A stretch of DNA of 64,000 nt from Proteromonas lacertae (taxonomy: Eukaryota): contig NGBS01001185.1 of assembly GCA_002245135.1 (NCBI GenBank), positions 1-64,000 on the forward strand. The letters run 5' to 3'. Under the pieces are notes generated by a model, which saw only the letters and a list, made by a program, of their open reading frames with translations, searched no databases and had not been told where the DNA came from. Positions 39,660 through 55,169 of the stretch are shown one piece after another. Position numbers and translations under genes: made by a program. Within the stretch, counting starts at the first letter, position 1. Each line of letters opens with the position of its first letter.

Positions 39660-40027
39660 ATGTCCGGTGAAAACAACAAAAACACTTTGCCATTAGCCTC
39701 TGAAGCTAATGCACACCAAGAATCAAAGTATATTAACAAATTATTTAACATGATTATAGCAAAGGATCTTCTACTAATAATCAAATCAAAAGAAAATCCG
39801 ATGCTGTTCAAGATGCATTCAAATTTCCTCCAACTAAGAAAAGTAAACAAGATACAAGAATGGAGGAATCAAGTTCAGATCATGCTATGGAGGAATCAAG
39901 TTCAGATCATGCTATGGAGGAATCAAGTTCAGATCATGCTATGGAGGAATCAAGTTCAGATCATGCTATGGAAGAATCTAGTTCAGATCAAGATAATAGA
40001 CCGCCTCATCTCAGAAAAAGAAAATAA
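39660..40027 (+). CDS. Small protein with MEESSSDHA repeats and basic (NLS-like) motifs
   Basis: Intron 39728-39759 shifts the frame to ..IKRKSDAVQDAFKFPPTKKSKQDTR(MEESSSDHA)4MEESSSDQDNRPPHLRKRK*. Confidence 0.6.
39860..39990 (+). repeat. 27-bp coding minisatellite, about 4.8 copies
   Basis: ATGGAGGAATCAAGTTCAGATCATGCT repeated in tandem. Confidence 0.95.
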
Positions 40028-40339
40028 ACTTAGCTAAATTATGGATATGCAGAAAACGTGTAAAAATTGATAATAAATATCATAAGAAGATGTAATACGA
40101 TTAGCTGGTGAGCAATGAGTTCGATTCTGCTTTTGATTTGGGATATTACATCAAACTAAAAATAAAATTGACGTGTTTGAAATAGTTAAATATTTCTAAA
40201 CATCAATCTTAAGCTTTACAAGGATTTCGATATATTCTTTTTAAAATAATTAGTTATCCTCTATCATCATCGAAATAACATTCAAACATACAAAATAAAC
40301 AATACAAAGAAAATTGTTGAAATTATTGTAAGTAATTAC

Positions 40340-41179
40340 TCACTCAGACTTCTTTTGAACTACACCTACCTTCGCTGCTCGCAATACTCGATTGTTGAGC
40401 TTATAACCAATGCTAATAACTTGACCCACTCTATCTGCTTCAACCTTATCACTTGGCATATTAAACAATGCATCATGTATTTTAGGATCAAATACATCTC
40501 CAATTTCACAATATTTTATGATTTTGTTTGATTTCAATACACTATCTAAATCTTTTGAAATCAGCTTTATTCCATCTACAAATTGAATACAGTCCTATTT
40601 TATGAATATTATATTATATTATATTATATTATATTATATTATATTATATTATATTATATTATATTATACTCCTTCTATCTTCTTTGGTATGTTTAATAGA
40701 GCTAAATCAAAAGCATCAAACACTGGTAATAAATCTTTCACTAACGTTTTAACTCCATACAAACGAGCTTCACTTACATCATTCTTTGCTATTTTACGAG
40801 TATTCTCCATTTCAGCTAATAAACGAAGATTTTGATCTTTCATTCTTTTCAGCTAAATATAATAGCATAATAATAATATACATCATTTTCTAATTCGGTT
40901 ACCTTATTTTTTAATTCAACTTTCTCAGCATCTTCTTCTTTCACTTCAGTTTCTTTTGATGCTTCTGTAGATGATTGATTTCCCTTACATTCACTATTTT
41001 CTACTTCATCAGCAAAACTTCGATAAAAGAATGAAGGAATAGTGTTAAACATTCTTGAATAGTGACTAAAGTAAACAGATTTACATCCATTCAATGCAGC
41101 ATGATTAGTTCTGCATACTCTCGCAATCTAAACAATAAAAGATTAATAATACAGTTTTTATTGAAGAAAAATAATTCAT
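40340..41179 (-). CDS. grpE: Mitochondrial-type GrpE (Mge1) nucleotide-exchange factor with N-terminal presequence
   Basis: Spliced (3 introns): MNYFSSIKTIARVCRTNH...FYRSFADE, LRLLAEMENTRK, DLLPVFDAFDLAL, FDPKIHDAL, GYKLNNRVLRAAKVGV. Confidence 0.93.
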
Positions 41180-41294
41180 TTAATTATTTGAAACGGATAG
41201 ATATTTTGAAATTGTTTCATTTAATTATAGAAAAGCAATGATAATGAATTAACACCTCCAAAGAAATATGCTAAAAGCAAATAAAATAAACAAA

Positions 41295-42430
41295 TTATTT
41301 CGTTTCTTCCAACATCAATTCTTTCATTTCTTCTTCTTCTTCTTCTACTAAAGGCTGTTGTTGTTTTTTAATTTCTTCATTACTCTTAGTTTCTGATTTT
41401 GGTTTTGGTGACCCTAAAGGTATAGTTATTTTCTGTAGATTTATATCAACAGATTTGTCACTATCACTATCACTTTCACTTTTTTCATCTTCTTTCTTAT
41501 CAACATGTTGTTCTTCTTTTTTAATTTCTTCCTTTTTAATAATATTTTTATTCTTCTCTTTTATTTCTTCTCCTTCTTTTACTTTCTTTTTCTTAACTAA
41601 TCTACCAATCTTATTACTCTTTACATCAAATAATATTTTTATCTTTCCTTGTGCTTTTTTATCTACATATACTTTTTTTAATAGTTCATTTGAATAACAA
41701 TGAATTATATCTTTATGCTTTACCATCTATTTCAAATATTTAAAAAGAAATCAATACTATTTCTTTCATTTTTCTATGATTATTTTCATCATATTCTTTA
41801 GGTAATTCATTCAGTTTCATTTTCCCATCACTTATCTCTTTCGCTACTTTAAATGCATCTTTCCATTTCTGCAACGTTCTATTTGTATCCTATTTAATAA
41901 TTAATTAATTAATTAGATAATTATATAAATACTGGATCAGATTTAGGTATTTGAAATCTGTATATTCTTTCATTTGCAATCTTTGCATCATCCCAATCAT
42001 GATGTTTACTAAATGGATTTTCTACACGAAATCGTATTGTAAATGTGTTTATTCCTTCTAGCACTACTTCTCCTTTCAAATTAGATATTGGTATTGATTG
42101 TTTTTCATTAATGTACATATTGTGTGTTGAACATGGTAGCATTTTTTCAAATATTTTGAATGTTGGATTTGGATAGTTGTTATCTATACACATTTTGTAT
42201 AATACACAATATCTCTCCTATGTTATACATTATAATATTTTATTATACTTGAAACTTGCCAAATACTCTTTTTCTTCCTTCTTTTAAAAGAGGCCCCTCA
42301 AATAAAACATTTGAAGGGAATTTCTGTTCCACTTCTTTCATATTCCTATAAAACTCAATATTATTAAAAGTGTATACATATATTGAGGAAATCCATTAAA
42401 TACAGGCTGAGCTCCACAACAAAAATTCAT
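41295..42430 (-). CDS. PH-domain protein with N-terminal MNFCCG
   Basis: Spliced: FEGPLLKEGR..GKFQERYCVLY...EKQSIP...ERIYRF...LQKWKDAF. One probable homopolymer shift near 42270. Confidence 0.75.
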
Positions 42431-42511
42431 AATTTTAAAAATATTAGCCGTTATTCAATTATTGAAAGTGTAGTTTTACAGTGTTTCTAAACAGTAGAAA
42501 ATTATATAAAC

Positions 42512-45500
42512 ATGAGACTAATACTATGGAAGTATAGTTTTGTGATATATGTGATAATTTTTTCGTTACATGTTGACTTTGTGAAATCAAGAAAAACCGA
42601 ACTTAACACTTCATCCCATAATTTAACAAATATTGTTAATCACAAAAGACCTAGACTGCACGAAAAAGAAGAAATGACAATTAATAAAGTGAAGGAAAGT
42701 AAGGATGTTAATTCTGATTCAGAATTATTGATTAATCAGGTAAAATCAGGAAATATGAATAAAGGCAAATCCCACAATTTAAAAAGAAAATTGATAAAGT
42801 CAACTCAGGAGAATGATAATATGCTATTTAGTGAAAATGAAAGTATAGATCCACTATATACTTGTTATTATCCTATCAGATACTTAAGATTAGAGTGTTC
42901 CCAAACAAATTACATTCTAGAACCAGTGTTTGATGATGAAGACGAATCTACATATATAGAATATTCTATAAATCTCAATGATAACAAATATATCAAAATA
43001 ATCGATGAAAATAAAGGAAAAATATCAATTAGTCAGTTTGAAGTACAACCATTATCATTTATACAAATTACATGTTCTTATAAGGAAAATGAAGTGAATA
43101 AAACACTATTAGATGAATTAGAACTCAGTACAAACACAACCACATTTAACCTATTAATTGAAATTTTGTACAGTACAATTCCAACGGATATATTTCCATT
43201 ACAAATTCCAAAATATTTTGTAGCTGATAAGATAGTAAATGATCCATTTATATACGGTGTATTTTTCCCATTTTCAATTCCCAAAATCCCACTCACTGTA
43301 ATAAAGACATTGAAACATTCCACTTATTATTATGTTACAGATATTTTACAAACTACAATGATAATTGACCAATCAAAATACAAAGAAAATTATGGTGTTG
43401 CTGATTTTACATCCAAAATTTTGATTAAGACAATAAATGAACCAGAAACGGATATTTCAATTGTTACATTTATTATTAATACTTATACGATTGAAAGAGA
43501 ATATTCATATCTCATTTATAACTATAACAACAGCAATAATAATAATAATAATATCACATATATAAACCAATATAATATCACATTATCATTTGAATTTATT
43601 TCGTTGTTAAACATAAGTGATTTACAGTTTATCAGTTATTTTGAAGATGTGATATATAATAAATATTTCAAACAATTTCTATTGGATAATAATAATAATA
43701 ATACGATTGTAGATTGTTCATATAGTGAGAATAGTATGAATAACAGTTTTCCTCATTATACATTGAAATTTGAAGTTTCAATCACTCCAATTATCAGAAA
43801 TGAAACTGTAGAGAATAATAATTATAATTCAACAAGAAGAGTATTACAAAAGAAAGAAAAAGAAGAAGAAAAGTTGATAAATCAACCAATCTTCCAATTA
43901 CAATTAATCATTCAATCAATTCAATCAAATTTAACATTAAAAGACAAGAATAATCTGATTTTTCTCAACGCATTTCATTCAGATTATAAAATAACTGAAA
44001 TTCCGATATTTAATAACAATGAAAATGATAATGAAGAAGATCAAACCGAGTTTGAAGAAACACCAATACAATCATCATCCAATAGTAAGAAAGTGAATGT
44101 AGTAGCAATTTTAATACCAACAATTTTAGTAATAATAATTGTTATTATTGCAGCAGTAGTTATTTGGTATTTTTATTATTATAAGAGAAATAAATCTGAT
44201 AAATCTCAAGAAATGAACTTATTTGGAGTATATATATATATTCTTTATTGATATAGACATTTTCAAGTGTTTTTGATAGACATAAATCTTCAAAAGTGAG
44301 TGGTGATTATGATCCATATATTAAAGACAAAGTATTACATGAAGGATATTTGTGGAAAGAAGGGAGAAATAGAATTGCATATAAGTTTCAAGTATTTTTA
44401 TATTATTATTATTATTATTTTATAGAGAAGATATGTAGTCATATATAAAGAACCAGCAATAATGAGAGTATATGAATCAATGTGTCCAAGTTTCTATGGA
44501 AATGTTTATATTCATGAAAAACAATCAATTCCAATGGAATGTTTTCGATGTGTAGAAAGAGAAAGTCAAATTCAGTTTATGTGTCGATTTGCAGTACAAA
44601 ACGCACAGAAGAAACAAATGTCAGTTCCTGAACAAAATGGAATTTGTGAAGAAAGAATATTTCGATTTAAAAACAACGATACAAATATAGAAACAGCAAT
44701 AAAACAAACAGAAGAATGGATTCAAATACTTCGAGAATTTGAAAAACAAAATATTAGACCCAAACCAATTCAAGTTTGGTATGACAATCAAACATTAAAG
44801 AGAGATGTTGAAGAAAATAATAAGTTATTACCAGTTTCTACTCGTATATATTATTATTATCTATATTATATTTAGCAACATCAAAGCATAGTAGTGGAAG
44901 CGGTAATATAAGAGTATCTTCAGCAATAGCTTCAGCTTCAAGACGCAAAAGAGCCTTAGAGATAAAAAGACAATTACGAACTCCTCAAAGATTAGGACTG
45001 GCTTCCAATACTTTAGTTTCTACAAGAGGATCAGTTGGTTGTGAAATTGAATTAAACCAATTGCAAGATTATGATAGTGATACTTTTCGAACACCCAAAT
45101 ATTCTTCAATTACTCATGGAGGAAGAAATAGTGAATTGACGCTTCATGATTTACCTAATAATAATAATAATAATAGAATAAATAATCATTTTATATCTCC
45201 TACTCGATTATTTCAAAATAGAAGAAATAAGAGTAAAAACAATAACAACAATTTGAAGACAAAGAATAGTTTAAGTGGAACAAGTAGCGAAGAAGATAAT
45301 AATGATAATGATAATTATAGAAAGAAAGGATTAAGTGAAGGAGATAAATCAATATTACATCCATTTCTCCTGAAGAATCGAAATATCAATTTACCACCAA
45401 TTGCTCCATTAAAAACGCCAATTCCAACATTACAACAACAACAACAACAAATTCAAACAGAAAGAGATGTTGTGTATAGTTCAACAAAAAGTTCTCAATT

Positions 45501-45585
45501 AGTAAGTCGAAAACAAACACGAGATTATGAAGATAATGGTAAAATTGATTTAGATGATGATGATGGTGGTATAAGTGAGAAGTGA
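42512..45585 (+). CDS. Type-I membrane protein: signal peptide, ectodomain, TM helix, cytoplasmic PH domain, disordered tail
   Basis: Hydrophobic N-terminus, TM VVAILIPTILVIIIVIIAAVVIWYFYY-KR, PH motifs HEGYLWKEGR..KFQRRYVVIY..ERIFRF..EEWIQIL. Three short introns. Confidence 0.8.
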
Positions 45586-45708
45586 TGTAATATATCTGCA
45601 TATATGTATAGGATATAATATAATTTAAAATATTTAAATACATTTTATATGATTATAATATAATCATGATTGTTTTTATTTATATTATAAAAAATATAAT
45701 ATTAATAA

Positions 45709-48532
45709 TTAAATATCTTCTTTCATAAGTCTTTGATAAAGTGCTACTACTGGTAATAACATTATCATTAGTTCTGACAAGAATAACATTATTTGTTCAT
45801 GTAAGCTTAGTAAAAGTATCCAAGAATATTTTACTTTATTCTTTCTACAATAATTCAAATAGTATTTCATTTCTTCATTTGTCCATAATGAACATTTCAT
45901 TTCTATTAAGGGATAATATTTATTTTTTAATGATTTTGAACAGATTGATTTTATCCCTTTCATTCTTATGTTATTCTCTTTTAGATTTATTGTTTTACAT
46001 CTCCCACTATGATGTATTTCTTTTGTTAATAATAAAGCACTTTCATCATCTATTGATATTTTACTCAAGTTTATCTCATTATCATCATTTATTAACAAAT
46101 CAAAATTCTTCAATAACAATCTAAATCCAACATTACCAATTGGATTATCTATTAAACACATAATTAAAACAAAATATATATACTGTGAATGGATAATCTT
46201 TCAATATTATCATTTTCTTCTAGATATTTCATCAGATATTCTACTCCAATTGAATCAATATTATTTTCACTTACATTCAGTTTTATATCTTCATCAGTAT
46301 TCTTTAAACCATCTAATACATATTTTAGCCCAATTGAAGATAATCCCATGTCTATTATATTACAAACGATTATTATTATACTTGAAAAATCAAGTGAATT
46401 ATCATCATCTTTGAGTATATATAAATGGGAAGATAATATTTTCATTCCTTCATCTCCTATCAAGTTTCCATTCAATTGAATGTGATAAATACACCAGAAT
46501 GAACACAGATTGTTAATCAGTACTTCCATACTTTTATCTGTCAATTTATTATCTAAATAAAACAATAATATTATACTATTATACTACTCAAATCTAACTT
46601 TTCTATTCCTCTCAACTCATTCAATCTTAAAGAGATGAATGATTTTAAAATATTATCATCTATTTCTGAATTACTCAAATTTAAGTAATTATGATCTTTG
46701 ATGTATTCTACTAATTCGGGAATGTCTTTGTCTATCAGTAATTCTTTACTTTCATTAAAATCAAAGTCTATTTTGGAATAGGAAATTGGGAAAACAAGGA
46801 TTTTAATCCTTTCGAATAAACATTATTACATCTAATATCGATTTTCTTAACATTTGGATATTTATATAATTCTGATGATAATAACATCATTGATTCATCA
46901 TTCAAATTCATTCCAGTTAGATATAATTCATTTCTATTGTTAATTAATAAATGTAAATATGGAAGCAATATTTTCAAACCGTTTTCACCTATCGCATTAC
47001 CTATTTCAATATAATATAAGAAATATAAATACAGCGAAGATCTATATATTTCACTTTCATATATGGAATTGCACTTATCAAGGATTCAATGAAATAACTA
47101 CTTAAATTGCAGGATATTAAATATAATTCTTGTAGATTTGGTATTTCAGATAATAATGATACAAATAATGGTTGATATTGGCTTGGAATATTAAATCCAT
47201 AATCACCTAAAGAAATAATAACAATATCAATTATACCAAATCTCAATTTTGTTGGATTAATCAATTTCAATATTCTGAAGAAATAATCCATTCCTTCTTC
47301 ACAAATACATACACATCCTATGTCAATTTTGATTATTTCTTTATCACATCTGACTTTATAAATATTAAATATCTTTTCATCTAAATAACAACCTCTATTA
47401 TCTTTACATTTATGACCAATCTGAAATTTCACTTTATCTTTTATTGAATTATCTCCTTTACATACTTTCATCATCAACAATATTGACATGATTCTTTCAT
47501 CTGCTTTTCTATTGTATAATCTTATCAAATATTCTTGAATTTCTATTCAATAATATTACTAACACATTATATATACTTTCTCTTTTGTTCAGCTCCACAT
47601 AATATTTTGATTTAAAAGTTACAATTGGGCACATTACTATCACATAATCATTATTGCACACTATTTCCTTTCTTTCTTCACATATCATCACATTATCTTC
47701 TTCATCTTTTAATTTTTTATTCATCTTTATCATTTCTTTTCTTAACTCAAGTTAAACTCAATCTATCTTCATTTTTCACTATTAACATTCTGAATATCAT
47801 CTCTTTCATCAATTCATCACATTCTACATCAATACTAAATTCACCTCTCACAATATTATCTTTGGTTTTATCCATATTATTATCTTCATTAAATGCTAAT
47901 TTCTTACAAATCATTTCATACAATATACAACCAATTGACCAAATCATACTTCGATCATTATATTCTAATCCACTCAACTCTTCTGGGACTTTTGAAGCAG
48001 ATATCATACACTCTCAATTCATCTTTTTTTCTCAACATATTCAAGAATAAATCACATAACTTTATTTCATCATAATTATCATATATTACATTACTACTCT
48101 TCAAATTATCAACTACTATACCATTTTCATTTAATATCATCATAAGATTACATAATCCACATATCACACTACAGATTTCAGCATTGGATATTCTCTCACT
48201 CTTAATAATCTCTTCTAAATCTCTCATATAGTACATTCTTTCTAACACAATCATATTATATCCGAGCATTTGAACATCTAATGGATAACATAAAAAGGAG
48301 CAATAATCTGACAACAAGCTGTTATTTTCACTAAATTTTTGGATTTTAGTATCATCTATACAACATGCATTCAAGATTTTTATCATTCTATTATCACTTT
48401 CATGTTCTACAACAAGATCAACTTCATTTACGCTCTTTTCGTTTCTTTCTTTTATCTATCAAAATTACAATCAAATAATACTTTCATATCACATAATAAT
48501 AGTGATTTTAATATTTTATCTATCAATTTCAT
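45709..48532 (-). CDS. Pseudokinase-LRR family copy 5 (near-identical to copy 3 in body, exon 1 as in copy 4; frameshifts)
   Basis: Translations match copy 3. Single-base shifts near 47985, 47750 and 46770. Confidence 0.8.
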
Positions 48533-48666
48533 TTTTGTAACGGATTAGTTATTTATAAATATTTTATCGTTTCATTATCTTTATTTTTTATTTTTTCATT
48601 CTTATAAACAAACACAAATATATATAACTATTAGTAAAATGTCATACAGTACATCATTTTCAATTT

Positions 48667-50241
48667 TTAAACTTTATCACTCCAACTTTTCAATTTCATT
48701 GTTCCATTCTTACTCAAATTCAAATGCATTTTATGAACCAAATCAAATAATACTGGCTCATGACCAATTCCTTTACTACAACAATCTTTCTCAGCCATAT
48801 TGTAATATTCTAACAATTGTTCTTTATACTCAGGATGAGCACAATGGCTGATGATTTCTTTTGCTCTCTGTCGTGGACCTAAACCTCGACAATCAGCTAC
48901 ACCTTGTTCAGTGACGATTACATCTAAATCATGCTCTGTATGGTCAATATGAGAACACATTGGAACTATACAACTGATACCATGAGGATCATTCTTAGAT
49001 TTTCGTACTGACGGAGTATGCATTATTGATAGATAAGAATTACGTAAGAAATCACCTGAACCTCCTAAACCATTTACCATTCGAGTTCCACCTATTAAAC
49101 TACTGTTTGCATGAGCATAGATATCTACTTCTAATGGAGTATTCATTGCTATTACTCCTAGTCTTCGAACACATTCAGCATGGTTAGCTATTGCTTGAGG
49201 TCTTAAGATTATTTTCTTTTCATATTTTGGTAAATTCGCATAGAATCTTTCGAATCCTTTTGGAGATAAGGATAAAGATACTGCTGAAGCACAGTCTAAT
49301 TTTCCACAATCGAATAAATCTAACATTGTATCTTGTAACACTTCTGTCCATACACTTAAATGTTCAAATGGAGATGATGCCAAACCAGCAGTTACAGCAT
49401 TAGCAATGTTTCCTACACCTGATTGTAATGGTAATAAATTCTTAGGTAATCTTCCAGCTTTTACTTCTGTATTGAAGAAATCAATAATATGACCAGCAAT
49501 TGTCTTTGAATCATTATCAATTGCACTAAATCCTCTACCGTTATCAGGCATATTGGATTCTACAATTGCTACAATCTTATCACTTTCTATGTATTGATAA
49601 GCTGATCCAATTCTGTCATCTACTCTGGAGATTAAGAATGGTTTACGGTGTGGTGGACGGACAGTACAGTCTACATCATGCATACCTTCTAATACTGGTA
49701 ATTTAGTGTTTACTTCAATGATAATCTTATCAGCAACTTTGCACATTTCAGGTGTTGCTCCAACTCCAGTACCTAAGACTAAACCACCGTCTTTGTTGAT
49801 TTTTGTACATTCGATTATTGCAAAATCTAATTTACCAGGATTTGTCTGGTTTCTGGTGGTATAGAATCCATATTCTAAATTTTGACCAAACATGGATAAG
49901 TGAGTATCACCAAAATCGATTTGTCCTTTATTTATACTTTTGGCAATAGCTTTACCTGTTTGATATGGCCATCTTCTTTTAATCATTCCTAATTCGGCCC
50001 AACGGTTTTCTGTTTCAGCTCCCATTGAAGCACCACAGAATAAGTCAAATTGCATTTTTTCACCAGTCTTTTGTACATGATCAGCTAAAGTAACTGGAAT
50101 TATCTTAGGATAACCAGCTGGTGTAAAACCAGACCAACCAATACTCATTCCACTTTTAAGAAACTTGATAGCTTCTTCTGGTTTCATGATCTTCTTAACG
50201 TAAGAAGGTTTCAATACTCTTTGTAACATAGCAGACGACAT
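48667..50241 (-). CDS. ACH1: Acetyl-CoA hydrolase / acetate:succinate CoA-transferase (ACH1-like)
   Basis: 524-aa uninterrupted ORF with [59 protein letters not shown]. Possible 5'UTR intron at about 50248-50289. Confidence 0.95.
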   Translation of the reverse strand: MSSAMLQRVLKPSYVKKIMKPEEAIKFLKSGMSIGWSGFTPAGYPKIIPVTLADHVQKTGEKMQFDLFCGASMGAETENRWAELGMIKRRWPYQTGKAIAKSINKGQIDFGDTHLSMFGQNLEYGFYTTRNQTNPGKLDFAIIECTKINKDGGLVLGTGVGATPEMCKVADKIIIEVNTKLPVLEGMHDVDCTVRPPHRKPFLISRVDDRIGSAYQYIESDKIVAIVESNMPDNGRGFSAIDNDSKTIAGHIIDFFNTEVKAGRLPKNLLPLQSGVGNIANAVTAGLASSPFEHLSVWTEVLQDTMLDLFDCGKLDCASAVSLSLSPKGFERFYANLPKYEKKIILRPQAIANHAECVRRLGVIAMNTPLEVDIYAHANSSLIGGTRMVNGLGGSGDFLRNSYLSIMHTPSVRKSKNDPHGISCIVPMCSHIDHTEHDLDVIVTEQGVADCRGLGPRQRAKEIISHCAHPEYKEQLLEYYNMAEKDCCSKGIGHEPVLFDLVHKMHLNLSKNGTMKLKSWSDKV

Positions 50242-51199
50242 ACTAATCTATTAGTTTAAAAATGTTATAATTATATTTATATTTCATACTTAAGAAAAAA
50301 ATGCAAAATGAGGTTTTGAATGAAAGATATGCTTGAGTAATTCAAGTTTTAGAATATTCTAAATTCCATTTTTGAAAATATGATAGAGAAACCACCTATA
50401 ATTCATGAATTTAAGAAAGAAAGAAGGTTTAGACTGTCAGTTCTATCTGGACCTCTAAAAGTTTTTTCTTATGGAGTTTGTGTTTGTATTTTTTTGATCT
50501 AGTTATTTAACAATAGTTTTGGGAGTGTATTGTGTGTTGTTTGCACCATTTGATGAAAAAATGATAGGAAATAATGCTTTTACTCCAGTATTTATTTGGT
50601 TTAATAAATATATTATATATATAGATAAGAAAGTATTATTATAGAACTAGAAATAATTTATTTGATGTTCCTGATGTTATAACTAAGAAAGACATAGATA
50701 GTTTATAAGTTTTTATTTATAACCTGAATAATTTAAGTTTTGTTATGTTTTTGAATTTAACTTAAGTTATATTTGTTATAACAACAATAAATCTTCACAA
50801 AAGTAGAGAATTTGATGATTTTTATATTACATTGTCAAGTTAATATGGTTTTAAAAGAAGATACTTAGAGAATCATAATTGCGAAAAATTGAAACATTTC
50901 GATTGTTATTAACAATGTTAGACATTTTTTTGAATGTTGGTTTATGAAAATATTTTTCATACCCCACAATTATAAAATGTTCAATTGTTGCAAGAAACAT
51001 GTTAATTCGTATTTTTATTACTCCATAAAATGACTTACTAGGAGAATAGCTGGGAACTATGATAATTCGAATTTTATTTCAAAGATGTGCTTTAATTACG
51101 TAAAGCCTTTGTAAGTAGTTGGAAGTAAAAGACCTCTTGAATTTTATGATCTACCATTATTACCGTATAATACAGTATGATAAAAATCTAGCAAAAATA

Positions 51200-54749
<3,550 letters not shown>

Positions 54750-55169
54750 TTATTTATTGATTTTGAAATTCCTTTATTACTACTGAATACAGTCCATTTA
54801 CTTACTGATAGCTATTTTACCTTCCTTTAACATAGATTTTGTGATAATTTCATTATTTTGAAAAACTAATAATTATCATTCTAAATATCATTATCAAATT
54901 TACTACTGCTTTGAAAATTGAGAAAAAAGTACAAGAAGTGTTTTTTATCGTATTCTAAACAGTGATTCCAATATATATGCTAACATCTAATATTTAAATA
55001 ATTCGATTGTCAATCTAATTATTTTGATAAATCAGAAAATCACATTTTTCAAAATAAAATAAAATGCGGTTCGAACAGATTAAGATTTAAATTATCAAGC
55101 CTAAGTTTGTAATTTTTCAAAAAATGATTGTGTACACACTTTTATATCCACAATTATGATTTGAAAACA

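Noticed and set aside
39860..39990. 27-bp repeats as a CRISPR array
   Set aside because: Head-to-tail with no spacers, in a eukaryotic coding context.
2886..48532. Frameshifts in kinase-LRR copies as programmed frameshifting or phase variation
   Set aside because: Near-identical copies 3 and 5 have different single-base shifts, and similar shifts occur in conserved genes (PH, Rb). They cannot be separated from consensus errors without reads.
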